Source: Leidyana gryllorum EB-2025a
Taxonomy: Eukaryota; Protista; Apicomplexa
Direction of reading: 5' to 3'
Assembly: GCA_048772705.1 (NCBI GenBank)
Contig: JBLWGC010000025.1
Location: 1 to 45,715, forward strand
DNA length: 45,715 bases
In this document: one piece after another, positions 1 through 10,397 of the stretch
Layout of the letters: each line of letters opens with the position of its first letter
Numbering within the stretch: position 1 is the stretch's first letter
Made by a program: the position numbers and the translations under genes
The notes under the pieces: generated by a model
Database searches by the model: none
What the model was told of the DNA's origin: nothing
What the model saw: only the letters and a program-made list of their open reading frames with translations

Positions 1-2720
1 GTCATCCACGATCCCCCATGACCTGCAAGTGTGCACCTGAGCATCTGTACGATTGATCTATTTGCTCGTTCAACGAGTCCGTTAGTCTGCGGATGAGCTG
101 CCGTTGACATCGCTAAGTCAATTCCCAAGCCTTTTAGAGTATCCTGCCAAATCGCCGCTGTGAACCGTGGGTCTCTATCGGAGACCACTTTCTGTGGTAG
201 ACCGTGAACTTTGATAATATTAGTGGTGAATAGTTCTGCCGCTTCGTTTGCAGTGATTGTCTTGAAACACGGTATCAGTCGTATGCGTCGCGAGAGCCTA
301 TCAACCACAACCATCACATAATTGTGGCCGGTTCGTTCGTCGGGAGGCAGTTCTAGGAAGTCAAGTCCTATTTCGACCCAGGGGCTGGTCGGATTGTTTA
401 ACGGGTTCAGAAGTCCGAATTTGCGGTGATTTCGCATCTTGGATCGTTGGCAAGTTTGGCAATTCCGGCAGTACGCCGAGACATCCGCCGATAGTCCCCG
501 CCACGTGAACAAGGCCTTGATTCTTCCAATCGTTTTCTCTGGGGCCAAATGCCCAGCCAGGGTGCTGTCGTGATTCTCAGCAATAATCTCCCTTATTATG
601 GACGGGTCATTGGGTACTTCTATTGTTGCTTCTGGGGTTACTGGAAGCCCCTCAATCCATTGAACTTCTCCACATTTGCCCGCTTCCTGTTCCTTTGTTC
701 TCCAGCTCTCCCTGAGTCTCTCTTCTATGTTCTGTTTGGCCGATAGTTGTATGCTGAAACATTCTGAGTGGTTCTCGTCCACCTGTGGATGTCGGGGTCG
801 ACTCAATAGATCGGCAATAAAATTTTGGGTTCCCCTCAAGTAGGTGATGTTGATGTCCAATTCCGCCAAGGTGATGAGCCATCTCACCTGTCTGTCGGAG
901 AGGTGTGGCTGCTGCATCAGGTAAGTCAACGGTTTATGATCCGTAACAATATTCGTTCTTCTGCCCACTAACAGGTGTCGCCAGTGACGGCACGCGAGCA
1001 CGATGGCCAACAACTCCCGCTCATGTGTTGGGTATCTGCTTTGAGCGTCGTTGAGGGTTTTGGAGAAGAAATCCACTGGGCACATCCCTCTGTCGGTTTT
1101 CTGTTGTAGTACGGCTCCAACTGCATTGAGACTGGCATCTGTGTTAATGGTGAGTTCTGTGACCGTTGCAAGAGGGAAAGAGAGCTTGGGCGCCGTGCGG
1201 ATGCTTTCCTTTAATAAGGCTATCGCTGCGTCGGTGTCGGCTGTACGTTCAATCTTATCTGTAGGTTTCTTCTTGCCTTTTCCAGCTGCGTATAGTGGTG
1301 CGGATATCTGGGCGAAGTTCGGTATGAACTTCCGGTAGTAATTAAACATTCCGAGGAAGCGCTGGAGTTCCCTCAACGTTGTCGGGTGATGGATCTCACA
1401 TAGTCCATCCACTTTTTGGGGAATTGGTGAGATGCATCCAGCTTCGATCTGGTGTCCGATGTACTCGATGCGTGTTTTGAAGAAGTGGGATTTCCTGCGG
1501 TGTACTCGTAAGGTTGCTCGGTCGAGCCGTGTGAAAACTTCTTGCAGGTCCGTTCTATGTCGTGTCCGACTAGGAGAGTATATCAGGACGTCGTCTAAAT
1601 AGACGAAGACGCAGTGTCCAAGAAGTCCATGGAACGTTTGGTTCATGAGTGTCATGAACGTTGCGGGGGCATTCGTCAGGCCGTTCGGCATAACGGTCCA
1701 CTCAAACAGGCCCCATGGAGTCGCAAATGCCGTGAGTTTTTGTGCTTGTTCCGTCATTCTAATCTGATGATATCCCGCCTTTAGGTCGAGGATGGAGAAC
1801 CATTCCGCTCCCCCCAAGATCTGTATGGCGTCCTCTATTGCTGGGAGAGGTGAGGCCACCTTTTTTGTGGCATTGTTCAGTGCTCGATAGTCGCAGACCA
1901 GTCGTGGCACCGCCGTGTCTTTCTTGGGCACGAACATACACGGCGAGGCCCAACTGGAGCTACTGAGTGTGATTTTGCCGTTCTCCGCGAGTTCTATGAT
2001 TTGGCGCCGCATTTCTCCGATATGCTTCTGGGGAATCTTATATGGTTGGCGGACAAACGGAGTGCAGTTGGGGTCTATGAGCGTGATGTCATGGTCTATG
2101 TTCTGGCGCCTGGGTGGTAGGCCTGTTGGTTCCGTGAATATGCGAGCAAACAATTTGATCAAGTCCTCTTCCTCCCTGGGAATATCGATATGGGTTTCCT
2201 CCATTGGTTGCTCGGTGACTCTTAATGCGTTCACCTCTGCGCCTTCGCTGTTGGGTTTAGTCCATTCGACACTCCGTCTCTTGTCAATTGGAATCACTCT
2301 TCGTTCAAGTATGCACAAGTTCCTTGTGACGTCGGTTCCTATACAAAGGCCTAGGTGAATTATCACAGCTGTTGGTATTATTATGTCGTATGGTAAACCT
2401 TCCACCATGGCTGCCTTCACGCCAACTGTCTGTCCTTCATGCGTCTCGATCCGTACGTGTGTAAGTGGTTTCCTTTGCGTTTGATACAGGGCGGCGATGT
2501 TCACGAAGTCCCCACTAGGCTCCAAGGAAAGCTTCCTTGCTGCATTCGTATCTATGCAAGCTATCGACGCGCCTGTGTCTATAAGTACACATGCGGGGAC
2601 GGGTGTGCTTCGTGGGTTGGGATGACTCATGTACCAGTTAGCCGTCAGTGGTGGTGCTCGCGGGCCAACGAGTTCTCTCAAGTGCGGTTGGCCAGTGCGC
2701 CTTGAGACTGCGGAAAATCC
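1..2720 (-). CDS. pol: A1 Pol (PR, RT, RNase H, integrase), partial, entered by -1 frameshift
   Basis: Matches A2 pol (LIDTGA, YLDD, TDAS, HPQTNGLVER) but lacks the solo-LTR insertion. It is absent from the ORF track because no stop lies inside the window. Confidence 0.9.
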
Positions 2721-3745
2721 TCTGCAATCGAAAATACACGTCGTTGTTCGCCCATTCTATTGACGTTGGTGCCAGGCCTTCTCTCCGGTCTCCTGTCATC
2801 ACGCGGTAATGGGCACTTCCAGGCCGTGTGGTCCGTTTGCCCACAGTTGAAACATCTCCTCTCGCGAATGCACTGCTCGTGAGTGAATGGACAATTCTTG
2901 CCCACTCGGGCGATCTTTCGCGCTTCCATGGCGAAGCAGTGTTCCATTGGTCGCTTGTTTCGTCCCACTGTCACGCTGTACACTAGTGCCCGTCGGCATA
3001 CAATTTCCAGTGGTTCTGTGGTGTAAGCAGCCAATGCCATTCGGTCTTCGGATGGCAGGCCATCGAAGAACATGTTAACCCTCGTTTGTTGGTCGATGGC
3101 AGCATCAATACCTCGGTTGAGGGAACAGAATTCCAGTACGTATGCTTCCATGGAGTCCGTTTTTGTAAGTTTCATCATTTTTGTCATGTCGGTATCAACT
3201 ACGCTGCACGGGTCAAATTCGTCTATCAGTCTGCGCGCGAAGTCGTCCCAGGTGCCTTGAATCACTCCCTCATTGTTCAGTAGCCAGCGTGCGGCCGAGT
3301 TCGCCAGTAATGTACTAGCGATCTGAACCTTGGCTGCGTCATCCGTTATTCTGTTGGCCAAGAATTTGGCTCGGCACGTATCTATCCAGTCCCTGGCCCG
3401 ATACTCTTTGCCGCCCGTGAACAGATTGTGGCCCTTGAATGCCATGCGCGCTTCCTTCAGCTGTTCGTTATCCTTGTGCAGTCTTCTCGCATGTCGTTTC
3501 CGCTCCTGTTTCCGAGCCGGCTTGTCACTCTGCTGTAGTGGTTCTTGTAGGCCTTGCGTTTCCTCTGTGGGAGGGGTATTGCCGCCGTTGTCATCGTCGT
3601 GTTGCAAATCAGGATCCGCGTCATCGTGCACTGCCGCGTCGTTCTCCTTCGTTGTAGTTGAGTACGCACTGCTACCAGTGTAACGGGCATCGTCCCCCGT
3701 TCTGCTATCGGGGCTGAGTCGCTGTTTCTTTGATCTTAGGTGCAT
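2678..3745 (-). CDS. gag: A1 Gag with CCHC zinc knuckle
   Basis: CFNCGQTDHTAWKC knuckle. First ATG (MHLRSKKQ) at 3745, inside the LTR. The track's 372-aa translation is identical to A2 Gag. Confidence 0.92.
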   Translation of the reverse strand: MHLRSKKQRLSPDSRTGDDARYTGSSAYSTTTKENDAAVHDDADPDLQHDDDNGGNTPPTEETQGLQEPLQQSDKPARKQERKRHARRLHKDNEQLKEARMAFKGHNLFTGGKEYRARDWIDTCRAKFLANRITDDAAKVQIASTLLANSAARWLLNNEGVIQGTWDDFARRLIDEFDPCSVVDTDMTKMMKLTKTDSMEAYVLEFCSLNRGIDAAIDQQTRVNMFFDGLPSEDRMALAAYTTEPLEIVCRRALVYSVTVGRNKRPMEHCFAMEARKIARVGKNCPFTHEQCIRERRCFNCGQTDHTAWKCPLPRDDRRPERRPGTNVNRMGEQRRVFSIAEDFPQSQGALANRT

Positions 3746-3891
3746 TGTAGTCGTGTTATTAGTTTCAGTAAGTTGTCGTTCACTCAAAATGTTCACTCAA
3801 AAACGTGTGTGTATATTGCGTGTCTCCGTCTCCGGGCTGGCCGGCCGGCACGTGTGGAGCCGGAGACACTCCCGTGTAAGTGGGGCTTACA
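3679..3891 (-). repeat. A1 5' LTR (213 bp)
   Basis: TGTAA...TTACA. Same sequence as 10487-10699 and 15316-15528. Followed by C and then PBS TGGTAGCAGTGCG. Confidence 0.95.
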
Positions 3892-5149
3892 CTTACCGTT
3901 TTGCACAAGTCCAACGCCGCACTGAGTCCAAAAATTATTAGATGGTTGGTGAAAATTAGCCAATTCCCAGCAAAACTGGACTATATTCCTGGGGAACGAA
4001 ATGAACTAGCCGATCTGTTGAGCCGCACCGGAGCCGCCAGAGGTGTGTACACAGTGGTTGCAGCAAATGAGCAGACAGCCGACACTGATTTCGCTCGACT
4101 ACTACGAGGGGCATCTGAGACCGTCACCGACATCCCCAACGGATACGAACGACATGGATCATTGATACTCGATGAGTACGGACGGATATATATCCCCGCC
4201 AATGATAACCTGAGACGACTGGTCCTATCAGAAAGCCACGACTCACTCCTCGCAGGCCACTTAGCACACGACCGGACACTATTAAAAATCAGAGGACAGT
4301 TCAACTGGCCTGGTATTACCGAGGACGTGAGAAAGTATTGCGCAGCATGCGTACCCTGCCAACGAGCCAAGACTCTCAGCACAAAGCCACTCGGACTGCT
4401 GAATCCACTGAATCCCCCAGAATTACCTTGGGAATCAGTGTCCATAGACTTAGTGTGCTTACCGGCAGACCCCACAAGTGGAAACAACTGTTTGATGACA
4501 ATCATCGACCGCCTCACTCGGCGCATACTCCTAACCCCGTGCAGAACCACCATCGACAAAACCGGAACTGCAGAGATTCTCATGAATCGGGTTGTGAGGG
4601 AGCATGGATACCCGAAATCAATCGTTTCAGACCGCGACCCACGGTGGATCAACGACATGTGGAGAGAATTGTTGAGAGCAGCAGGTACCCAACTGAACGT
4701 CAGCACCACTGCCCATCCCCAGACGAACGGACTGCTCTAGAGAGCTCACAGGACTCTCATCCAGATGCTACGTTGCGTCTGCAGCGAACTGAACCCCGAA
4801 TGGGAGGCCATGATACCGGCGCTAGAGTTCGCGTATAACGCGATGCCCAACAGCTCAACCGGAATCTCCCCGTTCCAGGCGGAACGCGGCTACATTCCCC
4901 GTGTACCACTCACATTGGGCACCAACCCTCAGTTTGACGGGCTTCACCTACACTCAGAGGCCATATCGAACCTCCAGGATCGGATTCGCGAAGCCCAAAA
5001 CAGGCAAAAGAACCACTACGACAAGAGACACCGAAACTACACCTTCGAACCGGGCGACTACGCACTGATCGACACTCGAGGACTGCACGGATGCTACAAT
5101 GGCAAGCTAACGAGACCGTACACGGCACCGAGGATGATCACGCGCCGTC
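3892..5149 (+). pseudogene. pol: Family D pol middle part (RNase H end and integrase)
   Basis: HHCC motif (SHDSLLAGH..CVPC), SIDL and SDRD. In-frame TAG at 4738-4740. Continues the HTDHKPLT that breaks at 15529 on the minus strand. Confidence 0.9.
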
Positions 5150-5270
5150 TGTAGCGAACACTAGGTAAGTCTGTGTCTCCGAGACCGGCACGGACCGGCC
5201 GGCCGGAGACACGGGGAGTACAGACACGCACGCGTGTGGTGTGGTTTTTGGAGTTTAGATTAGACTGAAA

Positions 5271-6137
5271 ATGACTACAAGAACTCAGAAGAAATCTAAG
5301 AACAATACAGCTAATGAACCTGACAGTGAACCCACCGAAGCCACCTGTAGTACCAGTAGTTACACTGGTAGCAGTCTTGATCGAACGATGGACGGATTGG
5401 CGAATCAGCTGAAATTAGTTACGCAGATAGTGAAAACATATGATGGCCTGACGGACGCAAGGGCTCATATTGACAACCTAGAAGCAACCTTCAACACACT
5501 CATGATACCGAACGAAAACCGAGCAAGGATTGCATGTGGAACTCTGCGCGAAACGGCAGCCAGGTGGCTTAACAAGACAGCGAAGGAAGACGACCCCAGG
5601 AAGACAAGTTGGGAACAGTTCTGCGACCAGTTCATGACGGAATTCGGCCTCGGGCCGAGGAGTGATCTAGAAGAGCTTATGGATCTCCGAACCAACAACA
5701 ACAACATAGAGGAATACGCTAAGAAGGCCAGGCTCCTACGGCGCGGCATCGCCAACATGACGGAAAAGCAAGTTATTTCGATACTGACCAGAGGACTACC
5801 CAACCTTGAAAGAAACCTGGTAGTGGCACAAAGACCCAGTACCTTTGATGAAGCAATCGAGATTATACTCGAACTGGCCAGAACAAGACGATTGGACAGA
5901 GATGTGGGAACACGCGTGCTCATAGGATTCAGAAAGATTGACAAGAACTTATGCAGGAAACGAGGCTTGTGCTTCGTGTGCGGAAAGAGTGGGCATTTAG
6001 CAGCCAGCTGCAAAGACAAGCAACCCGAAAGATCGGTACGAAGAAGAACGGTGCACATGGCTGTGGAGCCAACAGCAGATGCCAAGGAGGCAGAAAGGAT
6101 CATAGCATCCGACACTGAACCGAGTCAGGATTTTTAG
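5271..6137 (+). CDS. gag: B Gag
   Basis: CFVCGKSGHLAASC knuckle. Starts in the LTR and ends QDF* on the slippery site. Confidence 0.93.
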   Translation: MTTRTQKKSKNNTANEPDSEPTEATCSTSSYTGSSLDRTMDGLANQLKLVTQIVKTYDGLTDARAHIDNLEATFNTLMIPNENRARIACGTLRETAARWLNKTAKEDDPRKTSWEQFCDQFMTEFGLGPRSDLEELMDLRTNNNNIEEYAKKARLLRRGIANMTEKQVISILTRGLPNLERNLVVAQRPSTFDEAIEIILELARTRRLDRDVGTRVLIGFRKIDKNLCRKRGLCFVCGKSGHLAASCKDKQPERSVRRRTVHMAVEPTADAKEAERIIASDTEPSQDF

Positions 6138-9100
6138 AAAGGCCTCTTCACCGAAGTCCCGAACGGGAGGCACTGACTCAGGGCACACAGCATGTACCGA
6201 TAACGATTATGCGAACTGCGAGAGTGAACCAGGCCACAGTGGTGTGGTACGCAATAAGAGAAGGACAAAAGGAGGCGTTGAAGTTTCTGCTGGATACCGG
6301 AGCAGAAGTCAACATCCTGAGTGCCCAAACAGCAGATAGAATGGATTTGGGAGACGGTGACGGACAAGCAGAGCCGTTAGTTGGCATAGGAAAGGCCACG
6401 ACGAGAGGACGAGTGGAGCTAGATATCCTAACTGGACTCGGAAGACAAGTCAAGTTGGATTTCAGAATAGCACCACTGCAATTGAACACATACGACGGAC
6501 TAATAGGCATCAATGAATTCCCCAAGTTGGGAATTGCCATAGCCACAGACGAGCAGGGGTTGGTACGAGTGGTGGAAAGCTTCTATTTACCCAAGCAATG
6601 CCTCACCACGATAATACCAATAAAGGCAGTTGACCCTACCAGCATTCGAGTACCACCAGAGGAAAGTTGGATAACCAATGACTTTGGCCAACTCTTCACA
6701 CCGCCAACGACCTTACCACCCGAAAGACAGTTCCACGATTTTGAGATACAAGTACAGCCAGGGCACCCAGTGAACCAAAATCCGTACCAAGCATCACCGC
6801 AAGCAACGGCGGAAATGAGGAGGCAGGTAAAGGAACTACTGCAGGCAGGGAGAATCAAGCGATCGAAGTCACCTTGGGGATCACCCTGTTTTCTTGTACC
6901 GAAGAAAGATACACCAATTCCGCGACTGGTGGTGAATTTCAAAGCTGTTAACGAGCGCACAGTGCCCTACAACTATCCACTAGCACGACAAGAAGAAATA
7001 GCAAACTCGGTCAGAGGATCGAAGGTGTTCAGCAAACTGGATTTACAATCGGGTTATAACCAAGTGGGAATCAGGCCAGGCTCTCAACAATACACCGCCT
7101 TTGTGACACCATTTGGGAAGTTCGAATATACGGTCTTACCGTTTGGACTGCGCAATGCGCCGGGAGCCTTCGTCGCCTTTATTGCAGAAATACTCGAGGA
7201 AGCCATAGGGAAATACGTATTTGCCTATGTAGATGACATATTGGTATACAGCGAGAACATTACCAGTCATAGAGAACATCTACGAAGCGTCCTGCAAACA
7301 CTGGAACAACATGAGCTAAAGGTTCATCCACGAAAGTCAGCCTTCTTCCTACAACGAGTGGATTTCATAGGACACACGCTTAGCGCGGAAGGTCTCACCC
7401 CAGATATAGATAGACTCAAAACGTTCCGAACCAAGAAGCCACCCAACACCATCAAAGAGCTCAGGAAGGTGATTGGGGCCATGACCTATTATGGTAGATT
7501 TATCAAGAATTTTGCCCAACTCACAAGTGAATTTCACAAAATTTTGAGCACAGAAAAGGACCAAAGAACAATCAACTGGACTGCGGACAGGCGACAAAAA
7601 TGGCATCTGTTAACGGAACAGTTCACAGAGGACTTAAAGTTGGGCCTGGTGAACCCTCAAATCCCATTCACGGTGACAACGGATGCGTCCAATACAGCTA
7701 TAGGAGCAGCGTTGACCCAGGAAGTAGCACCGGATGAGGTGGTGGTCATAGAGAACTTCAGCAAAATGCTCAATCCAACGGAACAGCACTGGCCAGTGCA
7801 CGAGCGCGAACTGCATGCCATCGAAGTGGCACTCAAGAGATGGAAGTTCTATCTCATGTCCAGGCCGTTCCTCGTGAAAACGGACCACAAACCGCTGTCA
7901 ACGCTGGTGAAACTGAAGAACCTATCCCCAAAGGTCATACGTTGGTTGATAAAAATCTCTCAATTTCCGACCCGAATTGACTACATTCCGGGAGAACAGA
8001 ATTTACTGGCAGACATCTTATCTAGACCAGACATGCCACAAACGGAGCCAACGACCGCACCGACTGTGATGATGGCGACCGAAACACAAGTAAGATCAAC
8101 CTTTGCGGAAAGACTGCAGGAAATCTCGAACCGGACTGAACCACCGGAAGGAATGGAAAGAGGAAGCCAAGGATTGATTTTTAATCATGAAGGACGGATA
8201 TATGTACCGCCAGGACAGGGACTAAGGGAAGAAACCTTGGAAGAGAGTCACACCTCAACGCTGGCAGGACATATGGGCCACGTGCGCACTCTACACAGGC
8301 TAGCGGGCCAGTATACCTGGCCAGGAATGGCGAACGACGTTCGAACCTTCTGCCGAAACTGTACAACGTGCCAACGGGCCAAAGCAAACCGTCGACCATC
8401 CTTGGGACTGCTGAATCCCATTTCACCGCCCGACCTCCCATGGGAAGGTATATCAATTGATCTACTGGCACTTCCACCAGATCCCACGAACGGCATGGAC
8501 GAATTATTTGTGGCAATCGACCGCCTAACGAGGAGAATAATCCTAGAACCATGCACCTTGAGCGTCACGGCAGCACAGTGTGCAGAGATTGTAATGAACA
8601 GGATAGTACGACAACATGGCTACCCCAAGTTCATTGTGGCAGACCGGGACACGAGATGGATGTCGGAACTCTGGACAGAGCTATTCAAGAAAGGGGGAAC
8701 AACCCTGAAACCAACGACGTCAGCCCATCCTCAAACGAATGGATTAGTTGAGAGGGCAAACCGAACGATTATCCAGATGCTGAGGACACTGTGCGAAGAG
8801 GCGGTCCCCAAATGGACAGAAAGAATACCAGCCCTAGAGTTGGGATACAACACAATGATGAACGAATCAACGGGACTGACACCATTCGAAGCAGAGTGTG
8901 GGTTGCAGCCGAGACTTCCATCCACGATGGAATCCATAACGAACCCAACAGTGGCAGCGTGGCTCACAGAGGAACGACTTCAGATTATCAAGGACAGATG
9001 GATGGAAGCGGCGACCAGACAAGCGAAACAGTACGACAAAGGGCGATCCAGGCCGAATATAAACGAAGGAGACTGGGCGTTACTACACACCAAAGGTTTG

Positions 9101-9514
9101 AGAGGATTGCCAATGCACAAACTGACCAAGCCCTTCTGTGGACCCTATGAAGTAACAGCCAAAGGGCCAGGAGATGTTTACCAGCTGAACTTACCAGCAT
9201 CATGGAGATGCCACAAGAAATTTCATGCATCGAGACTGAAACCATTTGCAGGCCCACATCCATCCGAAGACACCACAACCTATGTCATGAACAAGGTTTG
9301 CGGACAGAGGGGAGGCTACATGACCGGCCGTCCAATGGAATGGCTCATAGACTGGGCTGGCTTTGGAGAGAGAGAGCGCACATGGGAGCCGATATCCACC
9401 ATTAGAGAAGCATTGGCGGAGGACTTAGTGAAGGAATACAGAAGAGAATGGAACAGGAAACAACCGAGCAACATGCATTTCTCAACAGATGAAGTTCAGG
9501 GCCAAGACCTTTAG
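6128..9514 (+). CDS. pol: B Pol (PR-RT-RH-IN-chromodomain), -1 frame
   Basis: LLDTGA, LPFGL, YVDD, TDAS, HHCC, DDE and GPY motifs, then chromodomain-like WLIDWAGF..TWEP. Confidence 0.95.
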   Translation, partial: GFLERPLHRSPEREALTQGTQHVPITIMRTARVNQATVVWYAIREGQKEALKFLLDTGAEVNILSAQTADRMDLGDGDGQAEPLVGIGKATTRGRVELDILTGLGRQVKLDFRIAPLQLNTYDGLIGINEFPKLGIAIATDEQGLVRVVESFYLPKQCLTTIIPIKAVDPTSIRVPPEESWITNDFGQLFTPPTTLPPERQFHDFEIQVQPGHPVNQNPYQASPQATAEMRRQVKELLQAGRIKRSKSPWGSPCFLVPKKDTPIPRLVVNFKAVNERTVPYNYPLARQEEIANSVRGSKVFSKLDLQSGYNQVGIRPGSQQYTAFVTPFGKFEYTVLPFGLRNAPGAFVAFIAEILEEAIGKYVFAYVDDILVYSENITSHREHLRSVLQTLEQHELKVHPRKSAFFLQRVDFIGHTLSAEGLTPDIDRLKTFRTKKPPNTIKELRKVIGAMTYYGRFIKNFAQLTSEFHKILSTEKDQRTINWTADRRQKWHLLTEQFTEDLKLGLVNPQIPFTVTTDASNTAIGAALTQEVAPDEVVVIENFSKMLNPTEQHWPVHERELHAIEVALKRWKFYLMSRPFLVKTDHKPLSTLVKLKNLSPKVIRWLIKISQFPTRIDYIPGEQNLLADILSRPDMPQTEPTTAPTVMMATETQVRSTFAERLQEISNRTEPPEGMERGSQGLIFNHEGRIYVPPGQGLREETLEESHTSTLAGHMGHVRTLHRLAGQYTWPGMANDVRTFCRNCTTCQRAKANRRPSLGLLNPISPPDLPWEGISIDLLALPPDPTNGMDELFVAIDRLTRRIILEPCTLSVTAAQCAEIVMNRIVRQHGYPKFIVADRDTRWMSELWTELFKKGGTTLKPTTSAHPQTNGLVERANRTIIQMLRTLCEEAVPKWTERIPALELGYNTMMNESTGLTPFEAECGLQPRLPSTMESITNPTVAAWLTEERLQIIKDRWMEAATRQAKQYDKGRSRPNINEGDWALLHTKGLRGLPMHKLTKPFCGPYEVTAKGPGDVYQLNLPASWRCHKKFHASRLKPFAGPHPSEDTTTYVMNKVCGQRGGYMTGRPMEWLIDWAGFGERERTWEPISTIREALAEDLVKEYRREWNRKQPSNMHFSTDEVQGQDL

Positions 9515-9748
9515 AAGAAGAGGTGGGGAGGAGTGTAGCGAACACTAGGTAAGTCTGTGTCTCCGAGACCGGCACGGACCGGCCGGCCGGAGACACGGGG
9601 AGTACAGACACGCACGCGTGTGGTGTGGTTTTTGGAGTTTAGATTAGACTGAAAATGACTACAAGAACTCAGAAGAAATCTAAGAACAATACAGCTAATG
9701 AACCTGACAGTGAACCCACCGAAGCCACCTGTAGTACCAGTAGTTACA

Positions 9749-10109
9749 CCGTCTTCCAAAGGATGTGTTCGAAGTCGACATGCCAACGTCGTGGAAGGGG
9801 CTCCGTCGATTCCACATCAGCCGACTGAAGAAGTACCAGGGCACGCCACCGGATAGGGATCAGGAGTTGTTCACTATGGAAAGCATACTAGCCCAAACCT
9901 TGGACCACCGAGGACTACGCTTCCAGGTCAAATGGAGCGGTTATCCTAGAGAGGCAGCAACATGGGAACCACTGGAGACCATCAGAGAAGCGGACGCTAT
10001 CGACCTCGTGTTAGAGTATAGACGCGAATGGAACCAACGCAACAGGGGCGCACCGTTCACCCAAGAGGAGCTAGAAGGACAGGATCTCGTTAGCGGGGGA
10101 GGAGTGTAG
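9749..10109 (+). pseudogene. pol: Family D pol C-terminus (integrase tail and chromodomain)
   Basis: Resumes after the B TSD: FHISRLK..FQVKWSGY..TWEP. Ends GGGV* at the LTR start. Confidence 0.9.
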
Positions 10110-10387
10110 GGGCCTATCACAGGCCAATGTCCTTTTTTGATTACATGAAACACCGGGTCCCTTACGGAGACACCGGCAATACAAACACACGTGCGAACGA
10201 TCTAACTATGAACACCAGACGGACTCGTAGGAACTCCATCCTCCCCAGATCACTTACCAACAGGTCCAAGACTAGATTGCCGTCCGACCCAGAGCCCGAT
10301 ACCAACACCAATCGTCATATAGATCACCACACATAAAATATAAACAAATAAAAGATGCAAAAGGGGGTTCACTAATCTAGGGTTACA
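10105..10387 (+). repeat. Family D 3' LTR (right end tentative)
   Basis: TGTAG directly after PPT GGGGGAGGAG and a candidate end GGTTACA. No second copy in the window. Confidence 0.65.
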
Positions 10388-10397
10388 GTACCCTAAC

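Larger units (their letters stand above)
1..3891 (-). mobile_element. Ty3/Gypsy chromovirus family A, copy A1 (3' part runs off the left edge)
   Basis: Reverse complement of 10487-~14610. It has a 5' LTR at 3679-3891, a PBS, gag and PR-RT-RH-IN. Confidence 0.95.
5150..9748 (+). mobile_element. Full-length, apparently intact chromovirus, family B (4599 bp)
   Basis: 215-bp LTRs at 5150-5364 and 9534-9748 look identical. TSD CCGTC at 5145-5149 and 9749-9753. PBS at 5366 and a PPT just before 9534. Confidence 0.97.

Noticed and set aside
4738-4740. TAG reassigned to Glu (alternative genetic code)
   Set aside because: It is a single case. TAG ends other ORFs, and the long Pol frames have no internal TAG.
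3981-6115. Long antisense ORFs (242 aa, 216 aa) and similar ones over gag/pol
   Set aside because: They are shadows of the coding strand, with no motifs and no conservation between families.
10391-10397. CCCTAAC as a telomeric repeat
   Set aside because: Single unit only.
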